This document shows positions 14,877 to 20,865 of a DNA stretch of 20,865 nt, in pieces; position 1 is the stretch's first letter, and the number at the start of each line of letters is the position of its first letter. The DNA comes from a virus, in the UHGV virus genome UHGV-1781188; one strand, given 5' to 3'. The notes beneath the pieces were generated by a model that saw only the letters and a list, made by a program, of their open reading frames with translations, was not told the origin of the DNA and ran no database searches. Position numbers and translations under genes: made by a program.

Positions 14877-15112
14877 AATCTAGGCTCCTTAAATGAATCT
14901 ATGTAATCAATTAAATCCCAAGCATCGCGATGGGCTGTCAGAGGGTATACTTCTCCGAGAGGGATCATAGCAATAAGTCTATCAAAAACCCAGTCTGGAC
15001 GCAACATTTTATGGTGATATTCCCACTCACCTTCCACAGATTTTTTCTGAGTGATCAGGATCTCTGTGTAGTGTTTCGCCTGTCTTGAGTAGATTGAAAA
15101 TGACTTGTACAT
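14873..15112 (-). CDS. hypothetical protein (79 aa)
   Basis: start moved to MYKSFSIY (SD aagaggggg 6 nt upstream). Confidence 0.55.
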   Translation of the reverse strand: MYKSFSIYSRQAKHYTEILITQKKSVEGEWEYHHKMLRPDWVFDRLIAMIPLGEVYPLTAHRDAWDLIDYIDSFKEPRL

Positions 15113-15136
15113 AAATGACCCCCTCTTGTTGAAAAC

Positions 15137-15165
15137 AACAATACACAACTACCAGGTTACTGTCA
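15137..15165 (-). promoter_or_regulatory. sigma70-like promoter
   Basis: minus strand TTGACA (15165-15160), 17-bp spacer, TATTGT (15142-15137); sits in the 3' end of the upstream gene. Confidence 0.35.
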
Positions 15166-15433
15166 AGTAGGCAACCGTATTATTTTTCTCTGGGGAGATG
15201 CCAACAACATCTACCTGCAGACCTCCTGCCCTTAAATCTCCAACAATGTGCGGGAAGTAATCTGAGAGATGCGAGGGTAGATTTATCGAAAATCCGCACC
15301 CCAGAAAGCCTGCTAACGCTTTATTTTGTATCTCCCCTACAATCGCATCATAAATGGAGTTAAGCTCGTCAGGGAGCGTTACAGGGCGTTTTAGCGCTAG
15401 CTGGTGTAATTTGTCCTTAGCACTCATTTTCAT
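15149..15433 (-). CDS. hypothetical protein (94 aa)
   Basis: start MKMSAKDKL in ATGA overlap with the methyltransferase stop. Confidence 0.55.
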   Translation of the reverse strand: MKMSAKDKLHQLALKRPVTLPDELNSIYDAIVGEIQNKALAGFLGCGFSINLPSHLSDYFPHIVGDLRAGGLQVDVVGISPEKNNTVAYLTVTW

Positions 15434-15963
15434 TTCAGGTCTACCTCTGGGGGTGCCAACCACATAAACGGCGGCAAGTCTAAACGGTTTTTCTTATCCC
15501 ACACAAAATATGCATATGCTTGCCCGTCAGTTCTGCCGTTTGATTGAAATGATGGACGCTTAGATATTGTGATCACAGTAGTAGGTGCATTATCAAGCCA
15601 CCATTCAAATCTGGCTTTGCTTTCCAGAAAATTAAGACGCAAAAGCATAATAACTACGTCAGCATCTTTCAACGCCTTGTCTACAAACTCACGAGCCAGG
15701 CTGTATGGTGGGTTGGTGATAATACAGTCAACATGGTTGTATTCTGTATTCAGATAGTCAACACCTTCTTGTATTTCTCCCCATGCAGATCCTAACGGCA
15801 TACGGGAGTAGAACACACCTGAGGCACTATTCCTGCAAGGCTCTAAGTAGGTCCAGTCTTCTGGGAACGGAATAAGGTCATACAGCCCTTCTGCACACCA
15901 CTCCGGTGTCACATACTCATCGTAGGCGTTACGTTGTTCATCAGGTTTTCTAGCACAAGTCAT
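15430..15963 (-). CDS. DNA N6-adenine methyltransferase, small phage Dam type (177 aa)
   Basis: DCIITNPPY matches catalytic motif IV (D/N/S)PP(Y/F) of amino-methyltransferases; size fits the short phage Dam family; SD ggag upstream. Confidence 0.7.
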   Translation of the reverse strand: MTCARKPDEQRNAYDEYVTPEWCAEGLYDLIPFPEDWTYLEPCRNSASGVFYSRMPLGSAWGEIQEGVDYLNTEYNHVDCIITNPPYSLAREFVDKALKDADVVIMLLRLNFLESKARFEWWLDNAPTTVITISKRPSFQSNGRTDGQAYAYFVWDKKNRLDLPPFMWLAPPEVDLK

Positions 15964-15981
15964 GCAAATCTCCAGATCATA

Positions 15982-16003
15982 AAAGCCCTCCGAAGAGGGC
16001 TTT
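15982..16003 (-). terminator. rho-independent terminator after the ClpP-like gene
   Basis: aaagccctc / gagggcttt 9-bp stem with a UUCG-type loop; on the minus strand followed by a 4-U tract. Confidence 0.5.
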
Positions 16004-16014
16004 AGAATTAATGT

Positions 16015-17064
16015 TTAAGCTTCTTCGACAATTCCTGCACCTAGGATTTTTTCATTGAGCTCTTTTGCTGTTTTAATAATATTGTCCACCAGACGCTTGC
16101 GAGTCTTATCTTTCACCTTAACCTCTTCACCGCCGTTCAGAGTAGTCTTCAATTGAGACAGAATATCCTGAAGTTCAACGACAGAGAATCTCTGCAGATC
16201 TTCTGAAGTAATCTCACTCAGGGCAATTCTGACGGTCTCGCCACTTTCCATCTGCAGATTCAGGAACACAGTGTGAACATCACCTTTCGAACCACCCGCT
16301 TTTGCAGATTCAACAGCATGAACTAACTCATCTAAAGATGTGCACTGGTGAATCTCCGGAAGACCTGCTTCACCTAACACGCCTTCTTCATCACCTTTTG
16401 CCAGAAGCTTTTTCGGTTTTTGTCCGTTCTGGATGCGTTGTATGTTGCCTTCATCCAGAATAATAGCTCCAGTGCGTGCTGCCAGCTCTTCTCCGTCCAA
16501 CCACACTTCGCCACCAGCTGTGATGGATGCGATCTCATCTTCTGTCAGCACCCCACCGTAGTATTTTTCGATCAGGCGTTCAAAACGTTTTTTCCAGTAG
16601 CTGACCTGAGTATTCATGTTCACACCGTTACCATAAGTGCCACCTTGATAGTAGTGGAACATAAACTCTGTGTCCGGAGCCACAGTACGTTCTTTACAAC
16701 CAAGCCATAAGATTGTTCCAGCAGAGCAGCACATCCCTTCAGCATGTGCAACAACGCTTGCCTGAGACTCTCGGAATGCCTGCAGATAAGCCATTGCAAT
16801 GTGCACGCAACCCCCAGGGCTATTGATGATCACCCGAATGCTTTCTTCCGGCTGAGCCATACGGATCGTCTGCAGACGAGACATATGATCTTGTAAGTCT
16901 TCCAAATCGTCGATATAAAGAACGTGGTCAACAACAGGTGTTGGGTAGCTGTATGTTTCCATGATACCGCCCGGCATACCAAACATTTTATTACTCATAG
17001 GTTCGAAACCGTTCTGTTTTTCTTTCATGCCGTGTACCATGGTGCTGCGAGGTGTTAAATTCAT
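16015..17064 (-). CDS. ClpP-family (S14/S49-like) serine protease with a ~130 aa C-terminal extension (349 aa)
   Basis: VIINSPGGCV (ClpP INSPGG motif), GMCCSAG (catalytic Ser context), FMFHYYQGG (catalytic His context); Lys/Glu-rich helical C-terminal region; SD aagga upstream. Confidence 0.8.
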   Translation of the reverse strand: MNLTPRSTMVHGMKEKQNGFEPMSNKMFGMPGGIMETYSYPTPVVDHVLYIDDLEDLQDHMSRLQTIRMAQPEESIRVIINSPGGCVHIAMAYLQAFRESQASVVAHAEGMCCSAGTILWLGCKERTVAPDTEFMFHYYQGGTYGNGVNMNTQVSYWKKRFERLIEKYYGGVLTEDEIASITAGGEVWLDGEELAARTGAIILDEGNIQRIQNGQKPKKLLAKGDEEGVLGEAGLPEIHQCTSLDELVHAVESAKAGGSKGDVHTVFLNLQMESGETVRIALSEITSEDLQRFSVVELQDILSQLKTTLNGGEEVKVKDKTRKRLVDNIIKTAKELNEKILGAGIVEEA

Positions 17065-17124
17065 GAGAAATCCTTAATATTGGAAGTTGAAAGCTATTTA
17101 TTTAAACCTGATTCACATTTACCT

Positions 17125-17436
17125 TTATTTAGCAATCACTATGGAATACTTACGATTGTCAGAAGCATCACAGCTCAATGATTGCCAGTCTACCACATAC
17201 CACGTATCATTGTCAACAATTACTTTATCGCCTGTTCTGTAGCAGGTGCTGCTTTCAATAATCCGAGACTCGATAAAGAATCTGTGTCGGCGCTCACGTA
17301 GCAACGCTAAGTTGATTATATTACCACCACTGTCCTTGATCCACACATTCTTGGATCCTTTATTTGCCAAAATTGTCTCGCCGTTATAGACAAACAGGCA
17401 GTATATTTTATTCAGTCTCTCTTGTATTGTAGCCAT
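17125..17436 (-). CDS. hypothetical protein (103 aa)
   Basis: SD aaggagaaggaga upstream; promoter 17467-17495 upstream. Confidence 0.6.
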   Translation of the reverse strand: MATIQERLNKIYCLFVYNGETILANKGSKNVWIKDSGGNIINLALLRERRHRFFIESRIIESSTCYRTGDKVIVDNDTWYVVDWQSLSCDASDNRKYSIVIAK

Positions 17437-17466
17437 ACTATCTCCTTCTCCTTGTCTTGTCCGATA

Positions 17467-17495
17467 ATAATATCTAAAGCTTACCTGTTTGTCAA
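17467..17495 (-). promoter_or_regulatory. sigma70-type promoter
   Basis: minus strand TTGACA (17495-17490), 17-bp spacer, TATATT (17472-17467). Confidence 0.5.
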
Positions 17496-17539
17496 CAACT
17501 GTTTTAGATATTTAAGGGTGGAATAACCACCCTTCTGTA

Positions 17540-18328
17540 TTACTCGGAAACAGGGGTCCAAATATGATTTGCACGATCCTCAATAAGATTGAGTGCAATC
17601 TGACGACCCAACCCGGAACGAACAACATCGTCTGGACTATCAAAGCTGATCATTCCAACCTCAGGGTCTGGATGACGAGTAAAGAAATCCGTCACCCATG
17701 CAAGGCCAGATTTACCAGGGATGTCACGTTGGCTATTATCGCCCATAATTACAAGGGTGGCCTGATCAGAGATCCTTGTGATAATTGACAACATTTCTTC
17801 AGGGTTAGTTTGCTGTGCCTCGTCAATCAGGACAAAGCATCGCTCATCGAAACTACGACCACGAATGCTTTCAACCTCACAAATCTCGATACGGCTGTTC
17901 TGACCGTCTCCCAGCATTGCGGCAAAAGCACCTTTGCCAACACGACGACAAATCGTGTCCATCATGCTTCGAAGATAGGGCCACAGTTTCTGCATTGCAT
18001 TTCCAGGTTTAAATCCTGAAGTCTTTCCTGTCTGAACGTAAGGACGTGCAACAATGATCTTATCAATCTCGTTCTTACGCAGAAGATCACCTGCATATGC
18101 AGATGCCATGAATGTCTTACCGGATCCAAACACACCGTTTACAATGATAATCTTACGTGACCCTAGATAATCAAGATACTTTTGCTGCTTCTTATTCATT
18201 GGTCGGAGAGCTGGAGCGGTGTGCGCTCTTTCGTCAGCAAATTTCTCAGCAGCCTTGCGCAGGCGATCAGATTTGCGAGCCTCTCTAGCTTCATCACGCA
18301 TGCGTTTTGTTTCTTTAGCTCGACCCAT
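17540..18328 (-). CDS. phoH: PhoH-like ATPase (262 aa)
   Basis: Walker A GVFGSGKT and Walker B VLIDEAQ in a PhoH-like arrangement; SD aaaggagt upstream. Confidence 0.85.
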   Translation of the reverse strand: MGRAKETKRMRDEAREARKSDRLRKAAEKFADERAHTAPALRPMNKKQQKYLDYLGSRKIIIVNGVFGSGKTFMASAYAGDLLRKNEIDKIIVARPYVQTGKTSGFKPGNAMQKLWPYLRSMMDTICRRVGKGAFAAMLGDGQNSRIEICEVESIRGRSFDERCFVLIDEAQQTNPEEMLSIITRISDQATLVIMGDNSQRDIPGKSGLAWVTDFFTRHPDPEVGMISFDSPDDVVRSGLGRQIALNLIEDRANHIWTPVSE

Positions 18329-18366
18329 GTTGGGACTCCTTTCAGATTGAGATGTGCCAAGTACTT

Positions 18367-18717
18367 TTACTGCAACAGTTTTTCAATAGCCGCTTCCATG
18401 CTGCTTGCAACAGCCTGAACTCGGATATTCATCTCTTCTTGGTGGATCAGCTCCTTAAGCTCTTTAATGGTAAATTCTTTAGAGAAACCTTCCACCATAA
18501 TCTTGTGTAAGGCTTCTTGCGTATCTACTTGCAAGAACTTTTCCAGTTTGTTGGCAGAGGCTTCTAAATCAGCCCGAATGCGAGGGTCATCTGTGCGATT
18601 CAGCATTAGGCGTAAGCCATCAAGATTAGTAGAAATAGCGTCTGCATGTTGAGTAACTAACCGTGGCAAAATGAGATCTACAAACTTATTAGCCAAATCG
18701 ATACGTTCTTGTGTCAC
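18367..18717 (-). CDS. hypothetical helical protein (116 aa)
   Basis: GTG start overlapping the stop of the small Lys-rich ORF (GTGA); no recognisable motif. Confidence 0.55.
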   Translation of the reverse strand: MTQERIDLANKFVDLILPRLVTQHADAISTNLDGLRLMLNRTDDPRIRADLEASANKLEKFLQVDTQEALHKIMVEGFSKEFTIKELKELIHQEEMNIRVQAVASSMEAAIEKLLQ

Positions 18718-18827
18718 TGTTGCACCCCCTCTTCATCCTCATGATGTTTCTTTTCACGCTTGTGTTTTTTCTTGAGCTCAAGCGCAATTTCTTTTTTGTA
18801 CGCCTTCTTCAAGGCTTTTTTAGCCAT
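18714..18827 (-). CDS. small Lys-rich basic peptide (37 aa)
   Basis: MAKKALKKAYKKEIALELKKKHKREKKHHEDEEGVQQ; SD aggagg upstream; promoter 18859-18888 immediately upstream. Confidence 0.4.
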   Translation of the reverse strand: MAKKALKKAYKKEIALELKKKHKREKKHHEDEEGVQQ

Positions 18828-18858
18828 TTGGCACCTCCTCTGCTTTCATTTTACGATA

Positions 18859-18888
18859 ATTATACCTATCTAAACAAAGCTTTGTCAA
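18859..18888 (-). promoter_or_regulatory. sigma70-type promoter
   Basis: minus strand TTGACA (18888-18883), 18-bp spacer, TATAAT (18864-18859). Confidence 0.5.
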
Positions 18889-18891
18889 CAG

Positions 18892-19365
18892 CTAGTCTAC
18901 CTGAACCCAACCGCCTGATACTTTTTTAAACATTCTTTGGTTATCACTGCCTCGGAACGGTTTCTTGGTTGGTAAATCTTTTACATACTTACCGTCAATG
19001 ATGATATCAGCCAGTTTAAGAACATCACTAGAGATATGGTCAAATGTGAACCCAGTATATACAAGAATAGTTTTCTTGTCACCAAATTTTTCCTTAATTT
19101 TCTCCATCAGGCTAATAATATCTGGCTCATTATAGTATGCTAAGGGTTCTCCACCCAGCAGAGAGATACCGCACACAGACGGGTTATCTAAATCTGACAA
19201 GATTTTTTGCAAGTCTTCTTCAGTAAACTCTCTCCCCTTATCTTTTGACCAAAATGCCTGATTAAAGCAACCAGGGCAAGCGTGTGGGCACCCAGATACC
19301 CATAAGGCAGTTCTAATACCTGGCCCTTCGGTGTAAGATATTTCTGTGTATCCGGCAATATTCAT
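18892..19365 (-). CDS. nrdG: anaerobic ribonucleoside-triphosphate reductase activating protein (radical SAM)
   Basis: CPHACPGC (CxxxCxxC radical-SAM cluster motif); GPGIRTALWVSGC, GISLLGGEPL and RGSDNQ parallel E. coli NrdG; ATGA overlap with the upstream small ORF. Confidence 0.9.
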   Translation of the reverse strand: MNIAGYTEISYTEGPGIRTALWVSGCPHACPGCFNQAFWSKDKGREFTEEDLQKILSDLDNPSVCGISLLGGEPLAYYNEPDIISLMEKIKEKFGDKKTILVYTGFTFDHISSDVLKLADIIIDGKYVKDLPTKKPFRGSDNQRMFKKVSGGWVQVD

Positions 19366-19478
19366 AGATACTCCGCATCACATTTAGGGCAATGCCAAAT
19401 AAAATCGTCCAGTGCCTTGCACCAACGAAGATTGCAACGACAACCACACTTGCAAATTTTATAAATACCTGTAGACAT
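19362..19478 (-). CDS. small Cys-rich protein (38 aa), putative zinc-binding
   Basis: MSTGIYKICKCGCRCNLRWCKALDDFIWHCPKCDAEYL; 8 Cys including a terminal CPKC; strong SD aggaggt upstream; coupled to nrdG. Confidence 0.5.
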   Translation of the reverse strand: MSTGIYKICKCGCRCNLRWCKALDDFIWHCPKCDAEYL

Positions 19479-19508
19479 ACTGTACCTCCTAGCTCACTGT
19501 GTGTCAAT

Positions 19509-19538
19509 AATATGCCACATCCTTGTGGCTTTTGTCAA
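19509..19538 (-). promoter_or_regulatory. sigma70-like promoter
   Basis: minus strand TTGACA (19538-19533), 18-bp spacer, CATATT. Confidence 0.3.
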
Positions 19539-19541
19539 GTA

Positions 19542-20837
19542 TCAGCAACCACAACTTCCGTAGTGCTTAACCCGTTCTATAACTTCCGCTTGCTTACCTT
19601 TATTGTAAGGACGGGAGTTTGGACTAGACAGGTACCCGGATACACGTCTGATCACACTGATCGTTCCCTCTTCATGGTTTCCACACTCTGGGCATACAAA
19701 GCCTTTAGCTGTTGCACTAAACTCACCAGAGAAACCACACTTGAGACATTTATCCACAGGTTGGTTAATACCAAAATACATAATGTGTTTATACCCGAAG
19801 TCAACAAGAGCCTCTAAAGCATCCAGGTTGTTTTTCAGATTTGGTGTCTCTACGTATCCGATGTTGCCACCAGAGGAGATCATAGCAAAACCTTCTTCAT
19901 ACTTCCACTTATCAAAAGGAGAGCTATTGATCCATACTGGCTGATGGAAACTGTTGGTGAGATATTCATGCTCGTGCTTCAACACTTCAGGATATTCACG
20001 ATCCAGACAGGTTGCAGCTTTATAGCATAGGCTCTCAGAAGGGGTGCCGTACAAGCTAAATGCTAGTCTACTTTCCTTCTTGTATCGCTCACAAGCATCT
20101 CTCATGTGCTGAAGGATTCCAAGAGCTAAAGCCTTGTCACCCTCTCTGCCCAAAATCTGACAGGTTTCATACACACCAATATACCCAATACTGATGGAAG
20201 CGTACCCGTCATAGAAGAGTTTATCAATACTCTCTTCAGGATCCAGGCGAGCAAGAGCGCCTTCACACCACATGATAGGGTTCTGCCCTGCCTTGGTGCC
20301 TTTCAGACGGTTAACCCTTACAAGGTGAGCCTCGTATGCAAGATCCAGATACTCGTCAAGAACGGCAAAGAAATCAACACCTTCCGTCTTAGCTTTTGCC
20401 GCAATCATTGGCAGGTTAAGACTAACAACACCCAAGTTGAATCTGCCGAGGTATTTCTCCTCGCCTGTTTCCAAGTCATTGTATTTGCTAAGAAAACTCC
20501 GGCAACCCATGCTCGTTACTTTACCATCTGTCGAGCCTGTCACTTTACGATTTAGTGGAACAGAAACAAAGTCAGGATAAATCCGCTCTGCAGAGCATTC
20601 CAGAGCTAATCGTTTCAAATCATAGTTAGGATCTCCAGGGTTCATGTTGACACCCTCTTCTAGGAAGAACAGCACTTTAGGGAACACAGGTGTGATACGT
20701 TCTTCACCAAGACCCATTTTGTGGACTTTCAGGTAGTTTTTGGTAATCATTCTACCAAAGACCGAGGTATCCAGTCCTAAACTCAATGTGATGAATGGAG
20801 TCTGCTGTCTCCTCCCTGTGTTTCCACAGGGCCAGAC
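19542..20837 (-). CDS. nrdD: anaerobic ribonucleoside-triphosphate reductase, C-terminal ~430 aa (5' end lost at contig edge)
   Basis: glycyl-radical motif RRVSGY near the C-terminus; C-terminal Cys cluster CLKC...CPEC; ITPVFPKV...EEGVN...DPNYD...LALEC parallels T4/E. coli NrdD; the frame stays open from 20786 to the adapter junction. Confidence 0.9.
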   Translation of the reverse strand, partial: VWPCGNTGRRQQTPFITLSLGLDTSVFGRMITKNYLKVHKMGLGEERITPVFPKVLFFLEEGVNMNPGDPNYDLKRLALECSAERIYPDFVSVPLNRKVTGSTDGKVTSMGCRSFLSKYNDLETGEEKYLGRFNLGVVSLNLPMIAAKAKTEGVDFFAVLDEYLDLAYEAHLVRVNRLKGTKAGQNPIMWCEGALARLDPEESIDKLFYDGYASISIGYIGVYETCQILGREGDKALALGILQHMRDACERYKKESRLAFSLYGTPSESLCYKAATCLDREYPEVLKHEHEYLTNSFHQPVWINSSPFDKWKYEEGFAMISSGGNIGYVETPNLKNNLDALEALVDFGYKHIMYFGINQPVDKCLKCGFSGEFSATAKGFVCPECGNHEEGTISVIRRVSGYLSSPNSRPYNKGKQAEVIERVKHYGSCGC

Positions 20838-20865
20838 AGATCGGAAGAGCGTCGTGTAGGGAAAG
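20838..20865. other. Illumina adapter sequence (sequencing/assembly artifact)
   Basis: AGATCGGAAGAGCGTCGTGTAGGGAAAG is the canonical Illumina adapter stem. Confidence 0.9.

Noticed and set aside
19542-20837. Group I intron or homing endonuclease interrupting nrdD (as in phage T4)
   Set aside because: The visible ~430 codons are continuous and align along their length with NrdD; no interruption is apparent, though the missing 5' part cannot be assessed.
1-20865. Prophage or mobile-element boundary (integrase, att sites, IS elements)
   Set aside because: No integrase, recombinase or transposase motifs and no host-like genes; the organisation is that of a lytic phage genome segment.

Overview
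This 20.9 kb window reads as part of a virulent dsDNA phage genome (early/host-takeover style region, about 40% GC); there is no integrase, transposase, tRNA or CRISPR array. All calls rest on reading the sequence and on remembered family motifs; no database search was run.

Layout: three small plus-strand genes (23-1148) with a sigma70-type promoter and an intrinsic terminator converge on a ~2.5 kb protein-free region (about 1200-3690). That region is packed with iterons, palindromes, phased 10-bp repeats and a 9-mer (CTCTTCAGG) repeated five times. It is followed by a ~17 kb minus-strand block of about 50 tightly packed small genes, many overlapping by ATGA/TAATG, with sigma70-like promoters and several intrinsic terminators.

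Recognisable products: anaerobic ribonucleotide reductase NrdD (5' end cut by the contig edge) and its activase NrdG, a PhoH-like ATPase, a ClpP-family serine protease with a ~130 aa C-terminal extension, a small phage Dam-type N6-adenine methyltransferase (NPPY), and an HPF/RaiA-like ribosome hibernation factor.

Most other genes encode small acidic proteins, at least ten of them in three paralog families. Seven short ORFs below the 60-aa track cutoff (27-38 aa) were found by hand; six are hydrophobic and one is Cys-rich. The last 28 nt of the window are Illumina adapter sequence.

The most interesting candidates are the phage-encoded HPF homolog, the paralog arrays of small acidic proteins, and the repeat-dense non-coding region, which may be an origin or regulatory hub.
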